A stretch of DNA of 33,125 nucleotides, taken from positions 1-33,125 of the forward strand of contig JASFFM010000003.1 of the NCBI GenBank assembly GCA_050124295.1, given 5' to 3'. The translations under genes were made by a program, and so were the position numbers. Each line of letters begins with the position of its first letter. The stretch's first letter is position 1. Below the pieces are notes generated by a model. That model did not search any database and was not told the origin of the DNA. It worked only from the letters and a program-made list of their open reading frames with translations. This document shows positions 19,104 to 27,912 of the stretch, piece after piece. The stretch is from Desulfobacterales bacterium. Its GTDB lineage: Bacteria > Desulfobacterota > Desulfobacteria > Desulfobacterales > UBA5852.

Positions 19104-20804
19104 CTATTTTCCCATCAGCATCTCACGCGCATGGGCCAGTGTTTTAGGGGTGATTTTAATCCCCCCCAGCATCCGGGCCATTTCCCGCAAACGTTCTTCC
19201 GTATCGAGCGGATCGATGGTGGTTCGTGTACGCCCTCGGTGGACCGACTTGGATATCTTGAGGTGGGAATCGCCGAACTTGGCGATTTGGGGCAGATGCG
19301 TAATACAGATGACTTGGTGATGGGCGGCCAGCGCACCCAATTTTTGCCCCACGGTTTCCGCCACCCCGCCACCAATTCCCGCATCCACCTCATCGAAGAT
19401 GACCGTCTCCAGTGCACTGCCGGCCGCCAGAATGGCTTTCAGCGCCAAAACGACCCGCGACAGTTCGCCACCGGAAGCGATGGCGGCCAGAGGCTTCAGC
19501 TGTTCGCCGACATTGGGGGCAATCTGAAAAACAGCCCGATCCGCGCCCCGCGCGTCCGTTTTGCAACCATCCACGGTCAAAAAGGCCGGTGTGTGTTCAT
19601 CGGCAGGCACCGGGGTAAGGGCGACCGCGAAGCGGGTCCCCGGCATCTGCAAGGAAGAAAGTTGTTCGGCGATATCACTGGATAGGGTTTCGGCCACCGT
19701 GACCCGCTGATCATGCAGGTTCCGAACGGCTTTCACCAGTCGCTGGTGGTTTTGCTGCAGGCGCGCGTCCAGCGTACCAATCTGTTCGGCCAGGTTTTCA
19801 AGACCCGCCAGGGCCACTTCAATCGATTGGTGTTTACCGATCACATCGGCCAGGGTGGGGCCATATTTGCGCTTCAGCCGATTCAATGTATCCAATCGCG
19901 CATCCACCTCCTCCAGTCGATGATCGTCACTTTCCACATGGCGTAAATAGCGCCGCAGCTCTTCAACGAGGTCCTCAATCTGATAAATCAATTCGGCCAC
20001 ACGCTCCGTAGGCCGTTGAAGATCGCCATCGATCGCCGCGGCGGGTTCCAGCTGACGCTGCATGCCGCCCAGACGATCCGTCACCGAATCTTGTGCGCCG
20101 TAGAGAACCTCCAGACTGTGGTTGACCGTTTGCATCAATGTCTGGGCATTCCGCAGGCGGCGGCGCTCCTTTTCCAAGCGCTCGTCCTCTTCGGGGCTGA
20201 CCTGAGCGGCCTCAATCTCCCCTTTTTGAAATTGCAGCAATTCGCGCTGCTCGTCCTGATGATCGCGCTGGGCCAGCAATTGATCACGTTGGGCCAGCAA
20301 AGGCACAATGGTCCGGTAAAGCTCGGCAATGTGTTCCCGCAGATCCATGAGATTGCCATACCGATCCAGAATATCCAGTTGGTAATCTTCTTTCAGCAAG
20401 GATTGGTGTGCATGCTGGCTGGAAATGCTGGCCAGATTCTCAGTGATGGTCTGGAGTATCTGCATGGTGGCCATACGGCCATTGATAAACACGCGATGGC
20501 GATCCTGCCGTGAAATAACGCGCCGCACCAGCAGGCCTTCCTCACCCGGGTACCCCTGGTCCGCCATTATGGCCAACACGGGGGCCGCAGGTGCCAGATC
20601 GAAAAAGGCTTCCAGTTCGGCGGTATCCTCGCCCGTGCGAATCAATTTTGCGGTCGCTCGCGCCCCCAAAAGCAGTTGGACCGCATGAATGATGATGGAT
20701 TTGCCGGCACCGGTCTCGCCGCTCATGATCGTCAGTCCGGCATCGAATCGGATCTGCAGATCATCGATGATGGCAAAGTTCTTTATGGAGAGTTCGCGCA
20801 GCAT
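19104..20804 (-). CDS. recN: DNA repair protein RecN
   Basis: MLRELSIKNFAII, Walker A SGETGAGKS, coiled coil, ASGGELSR, IFDEVDAGIGG, QVICITHLPQIA; true start is ATG 20804. Confidence 0.97.
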   Translation of the reverse strand: MLRELSIKNFAIIDDLQIRFDAGLTIMSGETGAGKSIIIHAVQLLLGARATAKLIRTGEDTAELEAFFDLAPAAPVLAIMADQGYPGEEGLLVRRVISRQDRHRVFINGRMATMQILQTITENLASISSQHAHQSLLKEDYQLDILDRYGNLMDLREHIAELYRTIVPLLAQRDQLLAQRDHQDEQRELLQFQKGEIEAAQVSPEEDERLEKERRRLRNAQTLMQTVNHSLEVLYGAQDSVTDRLGGMQRQLEPAAAIDGDLQRPTERVAELIYQIEDLVEELRRYLRHVESDDHRLEEVDARLDTLNRLKRKYGPTLADVIGKHQSIEVALAGLENLAEQIGTLDARLQQNHQRLVKAVRNLHDQRVTVAETLSSDIAEQLSSLQMPGTRFAVALTPVPADEHTPAFLTVDGCKTDARGADRAVFQIAPNVGEQLKPLAAIASGGELSRVVLALKAILAAGSALETVIFDEVDAGIGGGVAETVGQKLGALAAHHQVICITHLPQIAKFGDSHLKISKSVHRGRTRTTIDPLDTEERLREMARMLGGIKITPKTLAHAREMLMGK

Positions 20805-20850
20805 AAATAGGAATCCGGCCGAAAGGGCTTGGGGAGCGTGTACCAGCCGC

Positions 20851-20879
20851 AATATGGCACAGCTATTTTTCTTTGTAAA
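20851..20879 (-). promoter_or_regulatory. sigma70-type promoter of recN
   Basis: Minus strand TTTACA-N17-CATATT, about 45 nt before the start codon. Confidence 0.5.
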
Positions 20880-20975
20880 GCCGCGCCAAAAATAGTTTTT
20901 TCTAATGATACCAGGGATAAAGAAGCGGTACTGATCGGCAGAAAAGGACAGGCACACGGGCCGGGCCAGCCGCAT

Positions 20976-21566
20976 CTAGGCTGCAGCAGCCTGGTATCCC
21001 AGATCGAAGGCCTTCAGATTGGTATCGATAAACGCGGATTTGGTGCGGGATTGAATGGCCTGGCGGACCATTTCTTCACCCAGGGGCAGGATGCCTGTCT
21101 GGCAGAGCGCGCCCAGCAGCACGATATTGAGGGACATGATGTTGCCGGCCTTTCGGGCTAGATCCGCAGCATCCAACGCAATCAGTCCCCCGGTTTTGGA
21201 CTTGATCAGGCCTTGCAACTGGTCCAGGTCGGGATAGGTGCTCCCGCCGATGGAGACCGTAAACGGCGGCAACGGCGCCATGTTGGTAATAACGACGGTC
21301 CGCAGATTGCACTTGTTCAAAGCCCGCAGGGTCTCCGAGGGCTCGAAACCGACCAGTACATCGGCTTCGCCGTCGGAGATGATCGTGCTTCGGGCGTCAC
21401 CGAATACCATGGCCGACTCCACGACGCCCCCACGCTGGGCCATCCCGTGAATTTCGCTCATGCGGACCGGAATATCGGCCATCAGAGCGGCCTCCCCCAG
21501 TACTTTGGATGCCAGCAGATTACCCTGGCCACCTACTGCAACAATGATTAAACGCGTCGGTTGCAT
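20976..21566 (-). CDS. iorB: indolepyruvate:ferredoxin oxidoreductase beta subunit
   Basis: VAVGGQGNLLAS, SEIHGMAQRGGVV, NIVLLGA, NLKAFDLG; AGGAG Shine-Dalgarno before ATG 21566. Confidence 0.93.
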   Translation of the reverse strand: MQPTRLIIVAVGGQGNLLASKVLGEAALMADIPVRMSEIHGMAQRGGVVESAMVFGDARSTIISDGEADVLVGFEPSETLRALNKCNLRTVVITNMAPLPPFTVSIGGSTYPDLDQLQGLIKSKTGGLIALDAADLARKAGNIMSLNIVLLGALCQTGILPLGEEMVRQAIQSRTKSAFIDTNLKAFDLGYQAAAA

Positions 21567-21606
21567 AGCGACTCCTGATGTTGGGACCGTGAATGACGGC
21601 AAGCAA

Positions 21607-23463
21607 TTAAGATTTCGATTTGACGGGCACAATTGCATGCTCTGGACAAACCTGGGCGCAAAGGGCGCAGCCGATGCATATATCCGCATCGATTTGCACC
21701 CGGTTGTCCTCCAGGGTAAATGCCGGACACCCCAGCGCGTTGATGCACTCACGATGATTGCGGCAACGGTCCGACACCCGGAACGCTTTGCCCCGCAGTT
21801 GGCGCAAGCCTTTGGCGTAGAGGGCGCATTTTTCCTCCGCGATCACCACCGACACCCCATCGAAGGTCACAGCATCGCGGATGGCGGCGATGCTTTTCTT
21901 GAGCTGATAGGGCCGAATCGTGACCACCTGGGGCACCCCGATGGCTTTGATCAGCGGTTCCAGGGCCACGTGACCATAACCCTCCAGCTTTAGTTCTTTC
22001 ATGTCGACGCCGGGATTGGGTTGGTGACCGGTCATGGCCGTTGTGCGGTTATCCAGTATAATCAGGGTCAAATCGTGTTGGTTGAACACCGCATTGATCA
22101 GACCGGGGATGCCGGAATGAAAAAAGGTGGAATCCCCTATAAAGGAGACCACTTTCTGGGAGGTGGCCTGGGCAAATCCACCGGCACTGCCGGTGGAGGC
22201 GCCCATGCAAATAACGAAGTCACCCATGTTGAGGGGCGGCAAAAAACCCAGTGTGTAGCATCCGATATCGGACGGATGGATAACGTCAAGGCCTTCGGTG
22301 GCTTTTTTGACCGCATAGAATGTCGCCCGGTGGGAACATCCGGCACAGAGGATGGGCGGTCGTTGGGGAATTTCCGGCACATCGGATAAATCCGGCACCG
22401 GCGAGGGACTGCAAGCGATGCCGAAATAGTCTGCCATCTTCTGGCGCACCATGGCCGGATCGAACTCGTAAAGACGCGAAAACAACTCCGGGCCTTTGCC
22501 CTTGATCGGCAGGAGCAACCCCCTTTCTTGGGCCAGGGCTTTGACCCCCTCTTCCATGTAAGGTTCGCCTTCTTCCACCACAAGAACTTTTTCACAGCCC
22601 GCCAGGAAAGCACCGATGCGATCGGCCGGCAGGGGATGGGAAAACCCGATCCGCAACACGCGGACCCGGTCTTGGATCGCCAGATCCTGCAGCGCGTCGG
22701 CAACATACGTATAGCTGACACCGTTGCAGATGACCCCCCAAGTGCCCTGGCCTTCCTCAAAATTGTAGGGACTCTCTTCGGCCAGGGTTTGCGCCCGGGC
22801 CAGGTTATCCAAAAGCTGCGCGTGCAGCCGCCGCGATACCGCCGGAACGGTCACGTAGCTGAAGGGGTCTTTGGCAAAGTGTCCCTCGGTCTGGGGCGAT
22901 CCCAGCGGTCCCAAGGTTACAACAGCCGTGGAATGATTGATGCGGGTCGTGGTTCGCAAAATCACCGGTTCGTGAAGCGTTTCCGATAGTTCGAAGGCGT
23001 AGGGCACCATGTCTTTGGCTTCTTCGACCGATGAAGGTTCGAGCAGAGGCAGCCCGGAAAGCTTGCCGTAGTAGCGATTGTCCTGCTCGTTTTGACTGGA
23101 GAACATATACGGATCATCGGCCGAAATCACCACCAGCCCGGCCCGGGTACCGACATAGGCAAGCGTCATAAGCGCATCCGCCGCCACGTTGAGTCCCACA
23201 TGCTTCATCATGCACATACTACGCAAACCAGAATTGGCCGCCGCCGCCGCGACTTCCAGGGCCACTTTTTCATTGGTGCTGTATTCGAAGTACAGATCCG
23301 TTTCCTGGGCCACCTGAAAAAGATTGAGCGATATTTCCGATGAGGGCGTACCGGGGTAGGTGGCGGCAAAAGCCACGGATGCCTCCAGCGCACCCCGGGC
23401 GATGGCCTCGTTGCCCAGCAGGAGCACTTTCTTGCCGGGTTGATCGGTCAGCAGTTTATGCAT
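21607..23463 (-). CDS. iorA: indolepyruvate:ferredoxin oxidoreductase alpha subunit
   Basis: LLGNEAIARG, YPGTPSSEI, NEKVALE, MKHVGLNVAAD, RPPILCAGCSHR, TPP motif GDSTFFHSG..LDN, C-terminal ferredoxin; AAGGA Shine-Dalgarno before ATG 23463. Confidence 0.95.
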   Translation of the reverse strand: MHKLLTDQPGKKVLLLGNEAIARGALEASVAFAATYPGTPSSEISLNLFQVAQETDLYFEYSTNEKVALEVAAAAANSGLRSMCMMKHVGLNVAADALMTLAYVGTRAGLVVISADDPYMFSSQNEQDNRYYGKLSGLPLLEPSSVEEAKDMVPYAFELSETLHEPVILRTTTRINHSTAVVTLGPLGSPQTEGHFAKDPFSYVTVPAVSRRLHAQLLDNLARAQTLAEESPYNFEEGQGTWGVICNGVSYTYVADALQDLAIQDRVRVLRIGFSHPLPADRIGAFLAGCEKVLVVEEGEPYMEEGVKALAQERGLLLPIKGKGPELFSRLYEFDPAMVRQKMADYFGIACSPSPVPDLSDVPEIPQRPPILCAGCSHRATFYAVKKATEGLDVIHPSDIGCYTLGFLPPLNMGDFVICMGASTGSAGGFAQATSQKVVSFIGDSTFFHSGIPGLINAVFNQHDLTLIILDNRTTAMTGHQPNPGVDMKELKLEGYGHVALEPLIKAIGVPQVVTIRPYQLKKSIAAIRDAVTFDGVSVVIAEEKCALYAKGLRQLRGKAFRVSDRCRNHRECINALGCPAFTLEDNRVQIDADICIGCALCAQVCPEHAIVPVKSKS

Positions 23464-23554
23464 GGCGTGTCCTTTTAAATAAGAGTGGCGATCGTCGCTG
23501 GGCCATAGATCTATTGGAGACGGATGCCGCCCTAAATAGCGACAAAGCTTATCG

Positions 23555-23582
23555 TTTATACCAAGCCCTAATTCACTGTAAA
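23555..23582 (-). promoter_or_regulatory. sigma70-type promoter of iorAB
   Basis: Minus strand TTTACA-N16-TATAAA with a TGn extension. Confidence 0.45.
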
Positions 23583-23636
23583 GGTTTTTCGCTCCGCCAA
23601 GCATCGGTTGGATCCAGCTTGAATGGGGCAAACCAC

Positions 23637-23665
23637 TTTACAAAATACGGGCCGTGATCTATTAA
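23637..23665 (+). promoter_or_regulatory. sigma70-type promoter of rdgB
   Basis: TTTACA-N17-TATTAA about 35 nt upstream of the TTG start. Confidence 0.45.
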
Positions 23666-23700
23666 TACAAATTTATTCACCCTATCAAGCAGGCTAAATA

Positions 23701-24390
23701 TTGACGACCGCAAACGACACCAAATCCCCTGCAAGGATCTTGGTTTTGGCCACGCGCAATCCAGGCAAAACCACTGAAATCCGCGACCTGCTGTCAGATT
23801 TCCCGATCGAAATTCGAAATTTAAACGATTTTGGACCCATACCGGAAGTTGAAGAAGACGGTACGAGTTTCGAAGAAAACGCCTATAAAAAGGCTGCCTT
23901 TGCCGCCCGTGTGTTAGGCTTTCCGGCCCTGGCCGACGATTCTGGTCTGGTGGTCGAAGCGCTGGGCGGTGCCCCGGGGGTTTACTCGGCGCGCTATGCC
24001 GGTGAAAAGGCCACCGATAGCGACCGCTGTGACAAACTGCTGCGGGCCATGAAAGGCCAAAAACACCGTGCCGCAGCTTTCGAATGCGTGATTTCGATAG
24101 CGGTACCCGAAGGCCCGGCCCTCACCTATGAAGCCCGCTGTGAGGGCGAAATCGCGCACCAGCCCCGCGGCCACAATGGGTTCGGATATGACCCGGTCTT
24201 TTTCTATCCCGCTTACAACAAGACCTTCGCCGAAATGAGCATGGCCGAAAAGAGTGGCATCAGCCATCGGGGACTGGCCCTGCAGGAGCTGCGATCGGAA
24301 TTCGAAAAGGTCATGATCTGGATCCAGCAACACATGCCTGTGGTTGTCCGCACCGGCTGTGTCTCCGAAAATAGCGCTGAACCGCAATAG
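23701..24390 (+). CDS. rdgB: XTP/dITP diphosphatase (Ham1 family)
   Basis: LATRNPGK, EEDGTSFEENA..KA, ADDSGL, GAPGVYSARYAG, GFGYDPVF, SHRG. Confidence 0.96.
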   Translation: MTTANDTKSPARILVLATRNPGKTTEIRDLLSDFPIEIRNLNDFGPIPEVEEDGTSFEENAYKKAAFAARVLGFPALADDSGLVVEALGGAPGVYSARYAGEKATDSDRCDKLLRAMKGQKHRAAAFECVISIAVPEGPALTYEARCEGEIAHQPRGHNGFGYDPVFFYPAYNKTFAEMSMAEKSGISHRGLALQELRSEFEKVMIWIQQHMPVVVRTGCVSENSAEPQ

Positions 24391-24512
24391 GCCCCGCTGT
24401 CATCCACAAATTCAGGTCCCACGCGGCGGCGCTACAACCGATAGAATGGCCGTCGCCTTGCAAAGGCGCACAACATACTTACCGCCAACCATCCGTCTGC
24501 AGGGAGACAACC

Positions 24513-26486
24513 ATGACCAAAGCAAACGACAGCATTGATATTATCCAGGTGATCGGCCGTATTGATTCGGCCGCGGCGGCCCGGCAGCTGTTCGAGGAGC
24601 GCCTGGATGCGGAAAACCTCGCTAAGATGACGGAAATAACCAGCCCCGCGGTACTGGTGAAAATTGCCAATGCGATCGTCTTATGCGATCCTTCGGCAAT
24701 TTTTGTCAATACCGGTTCCCCTGAAGACCGGGCCTGGATTAGACAGCATGCCCTGGAGAAAAAAGAAGAACAGAAGCTTCCCATGCCGGATCACACCATT
24801 CACTTCGATCTAAAGGCCGAACAGGGGCGCATCATTGACAGGACTTTTTATATCGTTGACCCCGATGAAGCGGTCAGCTCGCTGGCCCTCAAAAAGCTGC
24901 GCCAAGAGGCCTTGCAGGAAATTCGCCAGGAAATGACCGGGATCATGCAGGACAAAACCATGATCATCGGATTTTATATCCGGGGGCCGGTGGGCGCCCA
25001 GGTGTCCAACCCGGCCTTGGAAATCACCAGTTCCGCTTACGTCTCGCACAGCGCCGAGATTCTTTATCGCAATGCCTTCCACCAGTTTGACCGTGAGGTC
25101 GAACGCCAGGATCATTTTTATGCCAACATTCACAGCGAAGGCCAGAACCGACCCGAAGATCTGCCGTATGCCAGGGTGTTCATGGATCGCAGCCACCGCA
25201 CGACCTACAGCTTCAAGTGCACTTACGCCGGCAATACCCTGCTGCTGAAAAAGGGTAACCACCGTTTCTCGGTGGACCGCTCGGTCTACGAGAAGCGCGG
25301 ACGCGAACTCTCCGAGCACATGTTCATTACCGGCATCAACGGGCCGAACGGCCGTATTACCTGGATCACCGGGGCGGCACCCAGCGGCTGCGGCAAAACC
25401 ACGACCGCCATGGCCGGCAATCATTTCGTGGGCGACGACCTGGCCCAGATGTGGATCGCCGAGGATGGCAGCGTTCGATCCGTCAATCCAGAATGCGGCA
25501 TTTTCGGCATCGTCGAGGATGTCAACCGGGAAGGCGATCCCTTGCTCATGCGCTGCCTGCGTGAAAAGGGCACCGAAGTCATTTGGTCCAATGTACTGAT
25601 CGACGATGACGGAATCCCCCACTGGAAAGGGAACGGCGAACCCCACCCTTCGCGAGGATACAATTTTCAAGGCCCTTGGGAGGAGGGTCTCACCGATGGC
25701 GAGGGCCGGGCGATACCCATATCCCATCCCAATGCCCGCTGCACCCTGGCATCGACCTCCCTGGGCAATTACTCGGCGCGTGCCGAAGATCCAGCCGGTG
25801 TTGAGACGCGCGTCATTACCTATAGCGGTCGCGACAGCAACACCATGCCACCGGTCTGGGCGGCGCGCAATTCGGACGAGGGCGTCGTCATCGGCGCCTG
25901 CATCGTGTCGGCCGCGACGGCCACCGAAGTCGGTGCCACGGGTGTCAAGCGGGCGCCTTGGGCCAATGCACCGTTTATTCCCGGTTCCTTGGGCGATTAC
26001 ATGGATGCTCAGTTTCGATTCTTCGGCAGCGACCGGATTGCTGCGGATAAACGTCCCGTGATGGCCGGTTTGAACTATTTCCTGACCCATGAAGCACGGG
26101 GCGGCGAAGGCCCTAATCTCCTGGGGGAAAAACGCGACGTCAAGGTCTGGCTGGCGTGGCTCGAGCGGCGAGCGCACAACGAAGTGGCAGCCATTGAGAC
26201 CCCCATCGGGTATCTACCGCGCTACGAAGACCTGAAAGCGCTCTTTGATACGATCATCGGCAAAACCTACCCGGAAACCCTCTACAACCAGCAATTTTCA
26301 CTCTACGTTGACAACATCCTGGCTCGCATCGAATTACAGATCGAGGCGTATCGCAAGGAAAAGCACATTCCAGCCACGCTTTTCCAGATTCTGGAAGCCC
26401 AACGCGATGGATTGGCCCTTTTAAAAAATCAATACGGGCCCATTGTGACGCCCGCACAACTGAGCGCCCCAGCCGCCGGGCGCTAA
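24513..26486 (+). CDS. pckG: phosphoenolpyruvate carboxykinase (GTP)
   Basis: 657 aa; YAGNTLLLKK, SEHMF, P-loop PSGCGKT, VGDDLA, NPECGIFG, SHPNAR, GLNYF; GGAG Shine-Dalgarno. Confidence 0.92.
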   Translation: MTKANDSIDIIQVIGRIDSAAAARQLFEERLDAENLAKMTEITSPAVLVKIANAIVLCDPSAIFVNTGSPEDRAWIRQHALEKKEEQKLPMPDHTIHFDLKAEQGRIIDRTFYIVDPDEAVSSLALKKLRQEALQEIRQEMTGIMQDKTMIIGFYIRGPVGAQVSNPALEITSSAYVSHSAEILYRNAFHQFDREVERQDHFYANIHSEGQNRPEDLPYARVFMDRSHRTTYSFKCTYAGNTLLLKKGNHRFSVDRSVYEKRGRELSEHMFITGINGPNGRITWITGAAPSGCGKTTTAMAGNHFVGDDLAQMWIAEDGSVRSVNPECGIFGIVEDVNREGDPLLMRCLREKGTEVIWSNVLIDDDGIPHWKGNGEPHPSRGYNFQGPWEEGLTDGEGRAIPISHPNARCTLASTSLGNYSARAEDPAGVETRVITYSGRDSNTMPPVWAARNSDEGVVIGACIVSAATATEVGATGVKRAPWANAPFIPGSLGDYMDAQFRFFGSDRIAADKRPVMAGLNYFLTHEARGGEGPNLLGEKRDVKVWLAWLERRAHNEVAAIETPIGYLPRYEDLKALFDTIIGKTYPETLYNQQFSLYVDNILARIELQIEAYRKEKHIPATLFQILEAQRDGLALLKNQYGPIVTPAQLSAPAAGR

Positions 26487-26505
26487 GTCCTTTCGACCTC
26501 ACCGG

Positions 26506-26533
26506 GGGTGCCGGCCGGCCGGCACCCATCTTT
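26506..26533 (+). terminator. GC-rich hairpin after pckG, possible terminator or RNA-stabilising stem
   Basis: Perfect 22-bp palindrome GGGTGCCGGCCGGCCGGCACCC followed by ATCTTT (weak U tract). Confidence 0.45.
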
Positions 26534-26568
26534 GATTGCCCCCATTGCCGACAGACGCCTGAGGTTCC

Positions 26569-27810
26569 ATGACCGCTGCTACCATCGTAAAAGTTCTCGT
26601 CAGTCGGCGCATGCTGGTGGCGCTTATCATGGGATTTGCGGCTGGCCTGCCGTTGCTTCTGACCATCGGTGTCTTGCAGGCCTGGATGAAAGATGCCGGT
26701 GTTGATCTGACGATCATCGGGCTGATGAACCTGGTACAAATTCCCTACACCTGGAAATTCCTATGGGCGCCCCTGCTCGATCGCTATGCCATCCCTTTCC
26801 TGGGGCGTCGTAAAGGCTGGCTTTTATTGGCCCAGCTGGCCTTGATCACGGCCATCATCGGCTTGGGAATGAGTGATCCCCGAAACCATTTCGGCGCGCT
26901 GGTTCTGATGGCCTGCCTGGTGGCCTTTTTCAGCGCCACCCAGGACATTGTCATCGATGCGTATCGCCGTGAAGATCTTCCCGACCAAGAGTTGGGGCTG
27001 GGTTCATCGCTGTATATCTACGGTTACCGACTGGGAATGCTCTTGGCAGGCGGTGGCGGTCTCATCATGGCGGATCACATGCCCTTCTCCCAGGTATACG
27101 CGATCATGGCGCTCTGTCTGCTGCCCTGCCTGGTTACAACCTGGCTCACACCTGAACCCCCGGTTGTCGAAGGAGCTCCGACCACTTTGAAGGAAGCTGT
27201 CGTCGCACCCCTGGTGGAATACCTTCAGCGGCCCGAGGCCTATTGGATGCTGACCTTCATCCTATTTTACAAGATCGGTGATACCATGGCCAGCGCTATC
27301 AGCACGCCATTCTATCTCGACATCGGTTTTTCCAAGTCCGAGGTCGGCGCCGTGGTAAAGCTTTTCGGGTTCTGGGCCACCATCGCCGGCGCGGGTATCG
27401 GAGGCGTCACGATTCTAAAACTGGGGATTGCGCGCTGCCTGTGGATTTTTGGCGTACTGCAGGCGCTGTCTACAGCCTGTTTCGCTCTTCTGGCACGGGT
27501 GGGGGAACATCTGCCGACCTTGGCCGGTGTAATTGCCTTCGAAAACTTCAGCAGCGGCATGGGCACTTCCGCTTTCGTCGCCTTCATGGCCAGTATTACC
27601 AACAAAAAATTTACCGCGACCCAGTACGCCCTACTAAGCAGCCTGATGGGAATGCCGCGGGTTTTCGCCTCCGCGCCCACGGGGTTCATGGCCAAATACC
27701 TGGGCTGGGAGGGCTTTTTCATTTTCTGTACCTTGATTGCCGTTCCGGGAATGTTGATGCTGACCAAATTCGCGCCCTGGAATGATCAGCGGCCGAGGAC
27801 AGTGGTCTGA
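26569..27810 (+). CDS. ampG: AmpG-family muropeptide MFS transporter
   Basis: GFAAGLP, PYTWKFLWAPLLDR, GRRKGW, SATQDIVIDAYR, GYRLG, YKIGD, FTATQYALLSSL; GAGG Shine-Dalgarno. Confidence 0.94.
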   Translation: MTAATIVKVLVSRRMLVALIMGFAAGLPLLLTIGVLQAWMKDAGVDLTIIGLMNLVQIPYTWKFLWAPLLDRYAIPFLGRRKGWLLLAQLALITAIIGLGMSDPRNHFGALVLMACLVAFFSATQDIVIDAYRREDLPDQELGLGSSLYIYGYRLGMLLAGGGGLIMADHMPFSQVYAIMALCLLPCLVTTWLTPEPPVVEGAPTTLKEAVVAPLVEYLQRPEAYWMLTFILFYKIGDTMASAISTPFYLDIGFSKSEVGAVVKLFGFWATIAGAGIGGVTILKLGIARCLWIFGVLQALSTACFALLARVGEHLPTLAGVIAFENFSSGMGTSAFVAFMASITNKKFTATQYALLSSLMGMPRVFASAPTGFMAKYLGWEGFFIFCTLIAVPGMLMLTKFAPWNDQRPRTVV

Positions 27811-27912
27811 CTGGCAACCGTGGCCAACGACACGGAAATGATTAGTATATCATAGCCATGGAACCATTCAGACCATGGCAACCCTTCTTGAGAAGCAGGA
27901 AAAGCGTTTTCA

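Noticed and set aside
20805-20975. N-terminal ORF extension of recN (similar extensions occur for iorA, iorB, the YfgM-like and cyclase-like genes)
   Set aside because: Family homology and Shine-Dalgarno/promoter positions support the downstream starts.
24810-26177. 455-aa antisense ORF over pckG
   Set aside because: Codon-register mirror of a GC3-rich gene; no domain signal.
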